Notes under the pieces: generated by a model | The model's database searches: none | What the model was told of the DNA's origin: nothing | Seen by the model: only the letters and a program-made list of their open reading frames with translations | Origin: an uncultured delta proteobacterium | GTDB taxonomy: Bacteria > Myxococcota > Kuafuiibacteriia > Kuafuiibacteriales > Kuafuiibacteriaceae | Assembly (NCBI GenBank): GCA_963803435.1 | Contig: CAWDML010000003.1 | Span: forward strand, 512,001 to 576,000 | Direction of reading: 5' to 3' | DNA: 64,000 nt | Shown: positions 9,793 to 19,611 of the stretch, one piece after another | Layout of the letters: the number at the start of each line of letters is the position of its first letter | How positions within the stretch are numbered: the stretch's first letter is position 1 | Made by a program: the position numbers and the translations under genes

Positions 9793-11070
9793 TCACGGGA
9801 CAGGATCGCTCACAGCGCCGGATCGCTCGTCGATCTCGATCAGCGCGAGGGCGCCCGCAGGGCCGGTTGCACAGCGATCCTGGATGCGCTCGACGGCGAT
9901 CTCGACTGCGGTGTCGAGGCCTCGTTCCGCGAGGTGACGCACCGCGATCCGGCGGAGAATCGGGATCGCCGAGAGATCGCCGACGCGGCCGAGCGACTTG
10001 ACGGCGGCCAGCCGCGCGTCGGGCGAGCCGTGATGGACGAGCGACACCAGGGTGCGCTGGGCCAGCGGTGTTTCGTAGTGCCCCAGGAGCTGGGCGACGT
10101 AGGCGGCGGTGGTACCGGTGGCGCGCTTCGCCAGGGCGTGCACGTCCTCGACCGACGGGCGATGGCGGACATCGAGCGCCACGATCAATGCAGTCCGGAA
10201 GAGGAGCGGATCCTCGGAGCGGATCGCGGCGTCGATCAGCTCGCGGAGCCGCTCGCGCTCGTAGCGACGCACCAGGAAGCGGAGCGCACCTGCGCGGGTG
10301 GTGGGCGGGGCCGCCGTTGCGCGGACGAGCTCCGAGGCCTGCTCGAAGGCCTCGTCGTCCGAGGCGCGCACGCTCGCCAGCTCGAGGCGGTCGAGCATCA
10401 TGCGCTCTCGGAAGTGGACACCGCTGAAGATCCCGAACATCGGCGGAAGGAAAAAGAGGCCGGTGAGGACCGCGAGGAGGGGAGGGACGAAGAAGAAGAT
10501 TACCCCCGGGATGGCGGCGAACAGGCCGGTCAAGAAGAGCGCGTGCAATGTGGCGCCGTCGTCGTCTGCGACCACGCCCAGGGCCTCCGTCTTGGCCTTG
10601 GCGAAGCGGTGGCACAGGACGACGAGGGCGGCCAGGGCGGGGGTGGAGATCAGGCCCGCCAGCGCGATCCACCCGTCGAAGCGGCTGAAGAGATCGACGG
10701 CGCCGTGCGAGACCAGGGCATAGGCCACGAAGTGCAGCGTCAGCGGCGCCAGGAGGGAGGTGGCGGCCATCGGATAGAACAGCGATTCGTACTCGCCGTG
10801 CGGGAGCGCCACCAGGCTCTCGAACGAGTGCTTGCTCGGCGGCGGCTCGGCGTCCAAAGGCGCCAGGAGGATCGCCGCGCCGTAGATCACCGCCATGATT
10901 GGCCAGGCCAGCAGGAGGAGGTACGTGGCCGGGCCGCCGGCGAGTGGGAGTGCGTGCTCGAGGGCCACGGCGAGCGCGACTCCGCCGGCCATGATCAGGC
11001 CGCCGATGCCGGCCAGCTTGCGGGCTTTACGCCGCGTACGAATTTTCACGAACGCGCGCTGGTTGCACAC
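9793..11070 (-). CDS. Multi-pass membrane protein with C-terminal HEAT/PBS-lyase repeats
   Basis: Several hydrophobic segments in the N-terminal half, then ARLAAVKSLGRVGDLSAIPIL-type HEAT repeats. Confidence 0.7.
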   Translation of the reverse strand: MCNQRAFVKIRTRRKARKLAGIGGLIMAGGVALAVALEHALPLAGGPATYLLLLAWPIMAVIYGAAILLAPLDAEPPPSKHSFESLVALPHGEYESLFYPMAATSLLAPLTLHFVAYALVSHGAVDLFSRFDGWIALAGLISTPALAALVVLCHRFAKAKTEALGVVADDDGATLHALFLTGLFAAIPGVIFFFVPPLLAVLTGLFFLPPMFGIFSGVHFRERMMLDRLELASVRASDDEAFEQASELVRATAAPPTTRAGALRFLVRRYERERLRELIDAAIRSEDPLLFRTALIVALDVRHRPSVEDVHALAKRATGTTAAYVAQLLGHYETPLAQRTLVSLVHHGSPDARLAAVKSLGRVGDLSAIPILRRIAVRHLAERGLDTAVEIAVERIQDRCATGPAGALALIEIDERSGAVSDPVP

Positions 11071-11135
11071 CTCGCATCATTCTACAACGAGCCGCGGCCT
11101 GTACGCCCAACGCAGGAAGTGTTATTCGACGCCGC

Positions 11136-11799
11136 ATGCGCGGCTTGCTCTCGGCGCTCGTGCTGAGCGGGATGCTCACCTCGGGTGCTGCACTGGCGTC
11201 CAGTGAGGGCGTGTCCACCTCCACGGCCACACTCGAGATGGGCGACCACCGAGCGCTCCTCGATCGCCTGGAGATGCGGATCAGCGAGCTCCAGCGGCGG
11301 ATCGTGGCGGCCCAGGAGAAGGTGGACGTCCTGAAGGACACCGTCCTCGAGGGGATCGTGGCCAAGGCGAGGGCACGCGTCGTCCATGTCAACGAGATGA
11401 ACGGGAAGTTCCTTCTGACGAAGGCGACCTACACGCTGGACGGCGGCGTGATCTTCGACCGCGAGGACGTGGACGGCTCCCTCTCGGATCAGGAGAAGAT
11501 CGTCCTCTTCGACGGCCCCATCACCCCGGGGGATCACGAGAATCCGGGTCTCCGAGGTGTTTCGCGTGGGAACGCTCGGCGTGTTCACCTACGCCGAGGG
11601 CTACAAGTTCAAGGTCGAGTCTCGCTACGTCATGAAGGCCGTCGACGGCCGGATGAACGTGCTGCGGATCGTCAGCCACGACAAGGGTCAGACCGACGTC
11701 AGCACGCAGACCACGGACCGGATCGGTGTCCGGTACGACTTCGAGGCCAAGCTGGTCGGCGATGCCAAGCCGGCGGTGCCTCCCCCCTCGACGCCCTGA
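11136..11799 (+). pseudogene. Exported coiled-coil/beta-sandwich protein of a myxobacterial family, split by a +1 frameshift near 11541 (probably a sequence error)
   Basis: ORF 11136 reads well to ...ITPGDHE and continues in the 11557..11799 frame (IRVSEVFRVGTLGVFTYAEGYKFKVES). Removing one A at 11541-11542 gives a single gene. Confidence 0.7.
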
Positions 11800-13716
11800 G
11801 TGACCGAGCGAACGGAGCAGGAGACCCCGCCGCCAAGCGGAGCGCTCGAGTCCGAGCTGGCGCGGCGGCTGGACGTGCGCACGGGCGCCCGCGACCAGGC
11901 GAAGACCCGCGGCGAGCAGCTGGGTAACGTTCGCCTGATCTTCGCCGGCCTCGGGCTGGTGCTGATCCTGCTCCCGCTGTTCACCAAGGAGGGGAGTCCG
12001 TGGTTGGGGCTGATCCCGCTGGCCGTCCTCTTCGTGGTGGTGGGGAAGCTGCAGGATTGGGCGCTCGACCGGGAGCGGCGCAACGACGGCGCGGCGCGAT
12101 TCCACCGGGAGGCCCTCGACCGCATCCACGAGCGCTGGCGCGACCTGCCCGACACCGGCGAGGGCCTCCCCGCTCCCGCCGTCCTGGCTCCGCGGGATGA
12201 CCTCCGTCCGGGAGGCCCCGCCGGCGAGCTCCCACCGACGCACTTCGCCGGCGATCTGGACCTGTTCGGCAAGGCCTCGCTGTTCCAGCTGGTCTCCCGC
12301 GCCCTCACCGAGCCGGGCCGGCGCACGCTGGCCGACTGGCTGACCGCGCCGGCCGCGCCGGGGGAGGTGAGGGCGCGGCAGGCGGCGGTGCGGGAGCTGG
12401 CGGCGAACCTCGACTTCTCCGAGTCGCTCTACGACGCCGCCGCCGGGGGCGAGGTCGGTCCGATCGACGATCGCAAGCTGGTGGCGTGGGCCGAGTCGAC
12501 CACGCCGCTGCCCGCCGCGCGCCTGCTCTCCTTCCTGGGCATCGGCCACCCCCTGCTGCTGGCTGGTACGCTGGCCGTGTTCCTCGCCGGCGGGCCGCGG
12601 GCACCGCTGGTGATCGCGATCGTGCTCCAGGTGATCACCGCCTACCTGACGCGCCGGGTGACGGAGCCGCGGGCCTCGGTGCTGTCGGGGCCGGAACGCG
12701 CGCTCCGGCGGTACGCCAGCCTCATCACGGTGATCGAGAGCGCCGAGCTGTCGGCGGAGCGCCTGCAGGCATTGCAAGGCAAGTTGCAAACCAAGGGCGG
12801 CTCGGCCTCGGAGCGGATCCGATCGCTGACGCGTCTGGTCGATCTCCTCGACGCGCGGCTCAACATGTTCTTCGCGCTCTCGCTCGGTCCGGCGCTGATG
12901 TGGGATCTGAACCTGACCCTGCGAGCCGAGCGCTGGCGGCGCGAGGTCGGACCCGGGCTCGCCGGGTGGTTCGGGGCGATCGGTGAGATCGAGGCGATGA
13001 TGTCGCTGGCGGCGCTGGCCCGAGAGCGTCCCGACTACGCGTTCCCGACGTTCGTCGACGGCTGCGTGTTCGCGTCCGAAGGGCTGGCGCATCCGCTGAT
13101 CGATCGCCGGCGTGTGGTCGCGAACGATCTGACCCTCGGGGGCGCCGGCTCGGTGCTGCTGCTCTCGGGCTCCAACATGAGCGGGAAGAGCACGCTCCTG
13201 CGCTCGGTCGGGATCAACCAGGTCCTGGCGCGGGCCGGTGGTCCGGTGGCGGCGACCGCGCTGGCCCTCTCGGATCTCGAGCTCGCCACCAGCGTGCGCG
13301 TCGTGGACTCATTGGCGCACGGGACCTCGCACTTCTACGCGGAGCTGTCGCGCCTCAAGCACGTCGTGGACCTCGCGCAGAGCTCGGAGCGCCCGGTGCT
13401 CTACCTCCTCGACGAGATGCTGCACGGGACCAACAGCCGGGAGCGCTACATTGGCGCCGTGAGCGTGATTCGCTGGCTCGCTGCCTCGGGCGCGATGGGG
13501 ATCGTCACCACCCACGACCTCGCCCTCGCCGAGGTCGCCCGGGAGCTGCCGCCGGGGAAGGTGACCAACCGGCACTTCTCGGATGACGTCGTCGAGGGCA
13601 AGATGCGCTTCGACTATCGCCTCCGCGAGGGCCCGGTCTCCTCGACGAACGCGCTCCGCTTGATGAGGGCCGTCGGGATCGACGTGGACTTCGTGGAGCG
13701 ATCGGAGGACCCCTGA
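11800..13716 (+). CDS. Membrane-anchored MutS-related ATPase (MutS domain V only)
   Basis: TM segments, GDLDLFGKASLF, Walker A GSNMSGKS, SHFYAEL, Walker B LLDEMLHGTNS and TTHD; no mismatch-recognition domain. Confidence 0.88.
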   Translation: MTERTEQETPPPSGALESELARRLDVRTGARDQAKTRGEQLGNVRLIFAGLGLVLILLPLFTKEGSPWLGLIPLAVLFVVVGKLQDWALDRERRNDGAARFHREALDRIHERWRDLPDTGEGLPAPAVLAPRDDLRPGGPAGELPPTHFAGDLDLFGKASLFQLVSRALTEPGRRTLADWLTAPAAPGEVRARQAAVRELAANLDFSESLYDAAAGGEVGPIDDRKLVAWAESTTPLPAARLLSFLGIGHPLLLAGTLAVFLAGGPRAPLVIAIVLQVITAYLTRRVTEPRASVLSGPERALRRYASLITVIESAELSAERLQALQGKLQTKGGSASERIRSLTRLVDLLDARLNMFFALSLGPALMWDLNLTLRAERWRREVGPGLAGWFGAIGEIEAMMSLAALARERPDYAFPTFVDGCVFASEGLAHPLIDRRRVVANDLTLGGAGSVLLLSGSNMSGKSTLLRSVGINQVLARAGGPVAATALALSDLELATSVRVVDSLAHGTSHFYAELSRLKHVVDLAQSSERPVLYLLDEMLHGTNSRERYIGAVSVIRWLAASGAMGIVTTHDLALAEVARELPPGKVTNRHFSDDVVEGKMRFDYRLREGPVSSTNALRLMRAVGIDVDFVERSEDP

Positions 13717-14159
13717 TGTGGCGCCCCCTCGGCATTCTCTTTCTCTGCGTCGGCAATTCAGCCCGGAGCCAGCTCGCGCACCACCTGGCGCAGAAGCGCT
13801 TCGGCCCCAGCGCCAGCGTGCAGAGCGCAGGATCGCGCCCGGTCGCGCCCCATCCGCTGGCGCTCGAGGTGCTCGAGGAGATCGGCTGCGACACCACCGG
13901 CGCGACCTCCCGTCACGTCAACGATGTGGACCCGAACACCGTCGACCTCGTGATCACGCTCTGCCGTGAGGAGCTCTGTCCGATCTTCCTGCACGCGGCC
14001 GAGAAGCTGCGCTGGCCATTCGATGATCCGGCGGTCCCAATCGAGGACGTCTCCGAGATGCGGGAGATCTTTCGCACGACGCGCGACGCCATCGACGCCC
14101 GGCTCATCGAGCTGGGACGCGAGCGAGGCCTCATTCCTCGGGATCTCGGTACACCGTGA
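13716..14159 (+). CDS. arsC: Arsenate reductase (LMW-PTP fold, thioredoxin type)
   Basis: LFLCVGNSARSQ active-site loop, ITLC...CP cysteine pair and WPFDDP. Confidence 0.85.
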   Translation: MWRPLGILFLCVGNSARSQLAHHLAQKRFGPSASVQSAGSRPVAPHPLALEVLEEIGCDTTGATSRHVNDVDPNTVDLVITLCREELCPIFLHAAEKLRWPFDDPAVPIEDVSEMREIFRTTRDAIDARLIELGRERGLIPRDLGTP

Positions 14160-15726
14160 TCACCCCGGGCGCGGGGAGCGAGACCGCCAGTCCTCCACCG
14201 CCGCTGCCGAGCACCGGCGCCGGCCTGAGAAGCTCGGCGTCGGTGGTGTACTCCGCGGAGTAGCTGCCGTCCGGGAGGCCGTCGATGTGGATCGGTCCGG
14301 CCCGATCGGCGCGGACGATCACCGTGAAGCGGCCGCCGGTGTTCTCGAACGCCAGCGGCCGATGGTGAGGCGACGAGGCGCTGGCGAAGCGGCGCACCGC
14401 CCCCAGTCGGACCCGCCGGAAGTATTGCGGGAACATGCGGCTGCCCCGCGCCAACCTCAGCGGAGGCCCGAGGAGATAGTGCACGCTGCCGTCGTCCTCC
14501 GCGGGACAGAAGGCCAGGGCGAACCGCTGCCAGGCGGAGACGTTCCCGACGGCGAGGTCGTCGTGGAGTACGGCGTCCGAGGCGTCGATGTGCTCGAGCA
14601 TCATGGTCCGGACGTCGAATCGCGCCGGCAGCGCTCCGATGGTCTCGAGGTTCTCCGCGACGGCGCCGCGATAGCGATGGTAGGAGAAGTCGGTCACCCG
14701 ATCGCGCGCCTCGGGATCGGCCATGAGCACGCCGAAGAAGTCGATCGCGGCGCCCATGTCCGTGTTCGACGGCGCGATGATCGCTGGGTGGAAGCCGGCC
14801 GCAGCAAGCCGGGGAACGACCGCCCGGACCGCGCGGGCGACGTCGCGCGCGCTCCAGCCGGCCACGTCGGGCTCGAGGATGATCTCGAGCGCATCGGGGA
14901 CGCGCCCGAACTTCTCCTGAAGGTGCTGGAACACCACCAGCGTCAGCTCGGCGTACTCGTCAGGATGGTCGCGATGAAAGTCCGCGTCGAACGCGACGAA
15001 GCACGCGTTCAGATAGAGGTGCTCGCCCCGCCGCTCGAGCCGCTCCGCCAAGGGGAGGACGACGTGCTCCATCGTGTGATCGATCTCGGTCAGCTGGAAG
15101 GCGCCGCGCTCGGCGTGATCGGGGTCCGGGTCGTCGTTCTTCGACACGTACCTGTGCTTGGCCCAGGCCTCGAAGTCGATCTCGCCGTCGAGAAACCGTC
15201 GAGTCCAGTCGACCGGGTGCTCGACGTTGGCGCGGAACTCGAGCCGCACCCGATCGATCCCCAGCTCGCCGACCGCCCGGTCGTACAGCGCCTGGCGGGC
15301 CCGCTCGTAGGTCTCTTTGTCGCACTCCATCTGCCCGACCTGGGCGGTGACCTCCCACCCCGTCATCGTCTGGAGGGCCGCCTCTCGATCGACCAAGACG
15401 TGCCCGTCCTCAGCGGCGACGCCGGCCACCGTCGCGGTGGCGCTGAACGCCCCGGCCCGGGCGGTGACTGCCACCGTCCCGGTCCCCGAGACGGCGACGA
15501 AGCCCCGATCGACCGACGCCGGCCCCGCCACGCTCCACGTGACCTTCGGCGCAAACAGCGACCGGCCGGCCGCATCCCTCACCACGGCGATCGCGCGCAC
15601 GCGTCCACCCGCCAGGACCCGCCGGCCCTCGAGGACGATCCGCATCCCGGCCGGCTTCGGCATGTTCTCGCACGATCCCCGGCATGCTCCCAGGGCGACC
15701 GCCAGCATCGTCACCGACCACCGCAT
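14131..15726 (-). CDS. Putative lipoprotein glycoside hydrolase (clan GH-A, GH30-like) with an N-terminal Ig-like domain
   Basis: Signal with LGA-C, Ig-like VTWSV...GTVAVTARAG, LQTMTGW, candidate acid/base ILEPD, SYHRY, candidate nucleophile MMLEH, and a C-terminal beta domain (LAFENTGGRFTVIV). Confidence 0.6.
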   Translation of the reverse strand: MRWSVTMLAVALGACRGSCENMPKPAGMRIVLEGRRVLAGGRVRAIAVVRDAAGRSLFAPKVTWSVAGPASVDRGFVAVSGTGTVAVTARAGAFSATATVAGVAAEDGHVLVDREAALQTMTGWEVTAQVGQMECDKETYERARQALYDRAVGELGIDRVRLEFRANVEHPVDWTRRFLDGEIDFEAWAKHRYVSKNDDPDPDHAERGAFQLTEIDHTMEHVVLPLAERLERRGEHLYLNACFVAFDADFHRDHPDEYAELTLVVFQHLQEKFGRVPDALEIILEPDVAGWSARDVARAVRAVVPRLAAAGFHPAIIAPSNTDMGAAIDFFGVLMADPEARDRVTDFSYHRYRGAVAENLETIGALPARFDVRTMMLEHIDASDAVLHDDLAVGNVSAWQRFALAFCPAEDDGSVHYLLGPPLRLARGSRMFPQYFRRVRLGAVRRFASASSPHHRPLAFENTGGRFTVIVRADRAGPIHIDGLPDGSYSAEYTTDAELLRPAPVLGSGGGGLAVSLPAPGVITVYRDPEE

Positions 15727-15774
15727 GTCCCGATCCGTATCGCAAACCGCGCGCGGCGGGTACGCTCGGAGGAC

Positions 15775-16623
15775 GTGCCCGTGCTCCTCGTCCTCGTCGC
15801 AGCCAGCCTCACCACCAGCGCGATTCCGGAGCGCGACAGCCACGGCAAGCCGGCGATTCGCTCAGAGAGCGCGATCGTCCGCTGGGCCGACACGGGCGAG
15901 ATCGTGCTGGCGAAAGATCCCGATCGCGTCCGTCCGATCGCCAGCGTCACCAAGCTGCTCAGCACCTTGATCCTCTCGAAGGACGGCCTGCCGGCGGACG
16001 AGTGGATCACGCTCGAAGATCAGGACAAGGACCGCCTCAAGTGGTCCAAGTCGAAGCTCAAGATCGACCGCGCGTTCCACCCGTTGGATCTCTTCGCGGC
16101 CGCCCTCGTGATCTCGGAGAATCGCGCTGTCTACGCGCTGGTGCGCGCCGCCGGCAAGACGCGCCCCATGTTCGTCGAACGCATGAACTCGACGGCGCGC
16201 GAGCTGGGGATGGGGCACAGCACCTTCAAGGACCCCGCGGGCGTCGATCCCGAGAACGTCTCCACCGCGCGCGACCTGCTCGCGCTCCTCGACGCCGTGG
16301 CAGGCAACGAGATGATCAAGAAGTACGCCTCCATGGACCGCATCGAGATCACGGATCGCGACGATCACGTACAGCGCTTCGGCAGCACCAACCGGCTGGC
16401 GCGCTCGTCGCGGTGGCAGGTCCTGATCGGCAAGACCGGCTATACGGTCGAGGCCGGCCGCACGCTCGTCCTGCGCGTCATGCTGGACGAGCGCCCGCTC
16501 GACCTGGTGTTCCTCGGCTCCCGTGAGATGCAGTCGGTCTTCGGGGATGCGGGCCGGGTCCGCCGTTGGCTGGAGCAGACGCTGAGCAGCCACCCTCAGA
16601 AGGACACACACAGCGCCGGCTGA
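15775..16623 (+). CDS. D-alanyl-D-alanine endopeptidase/carboxypeptidase, peptidase S11 (PBP7-like)
   Basis: IASVTK (SxxK), SEN (SxN) and GKTGYT (KTG). GTG start after GGAGG. Confidence 0.88.
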   Translation: MPVLLVLVAASLTTSAIPERDSHGKPAIRSESAIVRWADTGEIVLAKDPDRVRPIASVTKLLSTLILSKDGLPADEWITLEDQDKDRLKWSKSKLKIDRAFHPLDLFAAALVISENRAVYALVRAAGKTRPMFVERMNSTARELGMGHSTFKDPAGVDPENVSTARDLLALLDAVAGNEMIKKYASMDRIEITDRDDHVQRFGSTNRLARSSRWQVLIGKTGYTVEAGRTLVLRVMLDERPLDLVFLGSREMQSVFGDAGRVRRWLEQTLSSHPQKDTHSAG

Positions 16624-17348
16624 GCCTCGCAGGCGGTCAGCTCGGCGAAGGGATCGGGGCCTTCCGTCAGCTCGCCCAGCGTGAAGGCGCCGGCGACGTC
16701 GGTCAGGTCCACGTCGAGGATCCACGTTTCGTGCTTCGTCGAGACGCGCGCGCCGGTGGCCAGGCTGATCCAGCCGTCCCAGGTGGCTTGCATGCCCTTC
16801 AGAGGGATCTTGGAGGTCCACATCTGCCAGCGCACCGGCGTTCCGTCGATCCCCAGCCAGAACAGGTACGCGTCGCCCGGCGTCCGTCCGCCCGAGGTGA
16901 AGCGAACGATCAGGCCGCGCTCGCCGGGCGGACCCTCCTCGGTCACGAGCGCGCGCTCGGTCCCCGGATCGAAGGCCTTGACGATCGGGTTGAGCCAGAA
17001 GCTGTCGTTCGTCCAGCGTGCGTGTGCGCTGTCGAGGAGCTCGGCGGCGTCCTCGCCGTGGAGCTCGACACCCGCCTCGAAGGCGCGCCCACGACGCCGA
17101 TCGAGATCGACCAGCGCCCGCACGTCCGACCACTCCACGGCCGCGAAGCCGCGCCGTCGATCCCAGAGGTGCGCGTTGGTCCCGCGGAAGCGAAACCGGA
17201 CCGCGCCGGTCTTCTCCCACGCGGTCGCGTTCACGGCCGTCATCATCTCGGCGGCCAACCGATCGGCCTCCGGACCGCGCGTCGCCGCCGGAAGGCCGCT
17301 GCATCCCGCCGTGCAGAGCGCGAAGAGCGCCGCCAGCGCCGGTCTCAC
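16596..17348 (-). CDS. Conserved hypothetical lipoprotein
   Basis: The GTG overlaps the upstream stop. Lipobox TAG-C; Trp-rich motifs HLWDR, WTNDSFWL and GGRTPGDAY. Confidence 0.7.
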   Translation of the reverse strand: MRPALAALFALCTAGCSGLPAATRGPEADRLAAEMMTAVNATAWEKTGAVRFRFRGTNAHLWDRRRGFAAVEWSDVRALVDLDRRRGRAFEAGVELHGEDAAELLDSAHARWTNDSFWLNPIVKAFDPGTERALVTEEGPPGERGLIVRFTSGGRTPGDAYLFWLGIDGTPVRWQMWTSKIPLKGMQATWDGWISLATGARVSTKHETWILDVDLTDVAGAFTLGELTEGPDPFAELTACEAQPALCVSF

Positions 17349-17794
17349 CGCTTCGCCTTCACCGTGACCTGCGACTCGATCCACCACTCCGAGCTGTGGT
17401 TGGGCGCCTCCACGGCGCGGAGTGTGACCACGCGGTCCCGGTGGCTCTTCACGTTCCCCTCTGCGTCGAAGGTCCGATCGTCCGGCAGCGCGATCACGAG
17501 CGTCACCTCCGGCTTGGCCATCGTCGGATGAAGATACACTCGGGTGATCTCGACGCCGTCCGCGAGCAGCGCGATGAAGCGGACGTGGTCCGCCTCGGTC
17601 GAGGGATGGACCGCATCCTTGCCGACGCTGATCTTCACCTCGAACCACTCGTCGGCGTTGACCTGCTTGGGCGCCGTCAGCTTGGGCGTGTGCTTTGGAT
17701 TGGCCTCGGTCCCTCTCTGCTTCGTGAAGTCCGGGCCGATCTCGGCCGACGTGGCCAGCGTGAACAAGCTCAGTGCGAGAATCGCCGCGTTCAT
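17345..17794 (-). CDS. Exported desulfoferrodoxin/neelaredoxin (class II SORL-like) domain protein
   Basis: Signal peptide; KHTP, FEVKISVGK...HPSTEADHVRFIAL and PEVTL. The C-terminal EAPNH stands where CNxH is expected. Confidence 0.7.
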   Translation of the reverse strand: MNAAILALSLFTLATSAEIGPDFTKQRGTEANPKHTPKLTAPKQVNADEWFEVKISVGKDAVHPSTEADHVRFIALLADGVEITRVYLHPTMAKPEVTLVIALPDDRTFDAEGNVKSHRDRVVTLRAVEAPNHSSEWWIESQVTVKAKR

Positions 17795-17809
17795 CGGCGG
17801 CACTCTATC

Positions 17810-19555
17810 TCAGGGTGCGCGGGAGAGGGCGCTGATCGATCGCTCGAGCGCCTCGATCATGTCGTCGACGTCCGTCATGAACTTGATTCGACCGATCTCG
17901 TACGAGATGGCTTCGGCCGCCTCCGAGCCCTTCGGGAGCCGACCGCTCGCCTTCTCGATGTCGATCGCGAGCCGCACGGCCGACTGCCGATCGCGGCTGC
18001 GGCGGACCTCCTTCAGCCGGGTCCGAAACTCGCCGTAGCGCGCGGGCTTCTCCCGGGGCGGCGGCGGCGGCAAGGCGACCTTGGTCGAGCGCCTCCGGGT
18101 GGACGCCGGCGGCGCGGCGGGGGGCGGCGGAGGCGGGCGGGTCCGGTCGATCTGGACCTCGGGCGCGCCGGGGGGCGGAAGCCTGCGCTGCTCCGCTACC
18201 ACGGACGGGTCCGGCGCCGGCGAGACGTCCCGCGCATGCTGCTGAGCCGGCGCCGGCAGGACCGATTCGCTCAGCACCAGCCGATAGAGCATCGCGCCGA
18301 CGATCGCGATCAACACCGCCAGCACCGCGATGGCGAGCTTGGGGAAGCGCTCCTTCGCCGGCGGAAACGTCGTCCGCGCGGAGGTCAGGTTGCTGGCCAC
18401 CGGATCGAACTGTCCGTCTGTGATGAACCCATAGCCGCCGGGCGGCTGGACGCGGGTGGGATCGAGGATCGCGACCTCCTGCATCGGACGGCTCGGATCG
18501 AGGTAGCCGGTGCGCGTCTTCGCGCCGAGACCGCCGGCGGTGAGCGGCGAAGGCATCACCGGATCCCCGCCGGCCACGCGCGTGGCCTCGATCGGCGGCC
18601 CGTCCGAGAAGGCCGCCCGCGCCCGCGTGATCAGCGCCGCCGCCTTGGTTTCGCCCTGCGGGAAGAGCTCCCGCAGAAACGCCCCCAGGACGTCGGGCGC
18701 GGTGAACGCGGCCTCTCCCGCCGCGAGGCGCAGCGAGGCCGCGAACTCCTCGGCGGTCGCGAAGCGCTCCTCGGGCTTCTTGGAGAGCGCCCGCGCCAGC
18801 ACGGGATCGAGCGCCTTGGGGACGTTCGGGTTCACGCCGGAGACCGGCGGCGCCAGCTGTCGGGCGACGCTCATCAGGATCTTCGCCCGGCCCTTGGCCT
18901 GGACCAGCCGCTTCCCCGTGAGCATCTCGAAGAACACGGCGCCGAGCGTGTACAGATCGCTCCGCCGATCGACGGGCTGCGCGCGGGCCTGCTCGGGCGA
19001 CATGTAATAAGGCGTACCCATCAGTACGCCGGCCGCGGTCTTGTACTCGTCGACGTCGCCCTTCGCGATGCCAAAGTCGATGAGCTTCGCCTGGCCGGCG
19101 TAGTTCAACATGATGTTGCGCGGTGACAGGTCGCGGTGAACGATGCCGAGCCGCCGGCCGTCGGGATCGTTGAGCTCGTGCGCGTACGCGAGGGCTTCGA
19201 GCGACTGGAGGATGATCGGGATGGTGATCTCCAGCGGAAGGATGCCGCCCTTGTCCTTCGCCTTCGCCACCATGGCCTCGACCGTCTGACCGGCGATGAA
19301 CTCCATCGCGATGCAGAAGCGCGTGTCCTCGAGACCCGCGTCGACGATCTTGGCGATGCTGGGGTGGATGAGCTGCGAGGCGATGTTCGCCTCTCGTATG
19401 AAGCGCTTCGCCGCCTCGCTGTTCTGCTCGAGCTGGACGTGAAGCTGCTTGAGAACGCAGACGTCGGGCGCACCGTCGCGCTGGGCCACCCAGACGCGGG
19501 CCATGCCGCCTTCGCCAAGCGGCTCGATCAGAGTGTACCGACCGATCCTCTCCAA
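17810..19555 (-). CDS. Membrane-anchored Hanks-type Ser/Thr protein kinase
   Basis: LGEGGMA, VLK, HRDLSPRN, DFG and GTPYYMSPEQ, followed by a TM helix and a Pro-rich C-terminal region. Confidence 0.93.
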   Translation of the reverse strand: MERIGRYTLIEPLGEGGMARVWVAQRDGAPDVCVLKQLHVQLEQNSEAAKRFIREANIASQLIHPSIAKIVDAGLEDTRFCIAMEFIAGQTVEAMVAKAKDKGGILPLEITIPIILQSLEALAYAHELNDPDGRRLGIVHRDLSPRNIMLNYAGQAKLIDFGIAKGDVDEYKTAAGVLMGTPYYMSPEQARAQPVDRRSDLYTLGAVFFEMLTGKRLVQAKGRAKILMSVARQLAPPVSGVNPNVPKALDPVLARALSKKPEERFATAEEFAASLRLAAGEAAFTAPDVLGAFLRELFPQGETKAAALITRARAAFSDGPPIEATRVAGGDPVMPSPLTAGGLGAKTRTGYLDPSRPMQEVAILDPTRVQPPGGYGFITDGQFDPVASNLTSARTTFPPAKERFPKLAIAVLAVLIAIVGAMLYRLVLSESVLPAPAQQHARDVSPAPDPSVVAEQRRLPPPGAPEVQIDRTRPPPPPPAAPPASTRRRSTKVALPPPPPREKPARYGEFRTRLKEVRRSRDRQSAVRLAIDIEKASGRLPKGSEAAEAISYEIGRIKFMTDVDDMIEALERSISALSRAP

Positions 19556-19611
19556 GTGGGCGCCCGCCTCGTCGAGTCTAGCATGTGGACGAGGCGGGCG
19601 TGTGACAGAGG

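Noticed and set aside
292-14159. Arsenic-resistance system made of the ArsA-like ATPase and arsC
   Set aside because: The genes are about 12 kb apart, with no arsR, arsB, acr3 or arsD, and the ATPase looks like the Get3-like tandem type.
13966-16623. 885-aa ORF that looks like a large PBP fusion
   Set aside because: Only the part from GTG 15775 is peptidase S11; the upstream part is antisense to the glycoside hydrolase gene.
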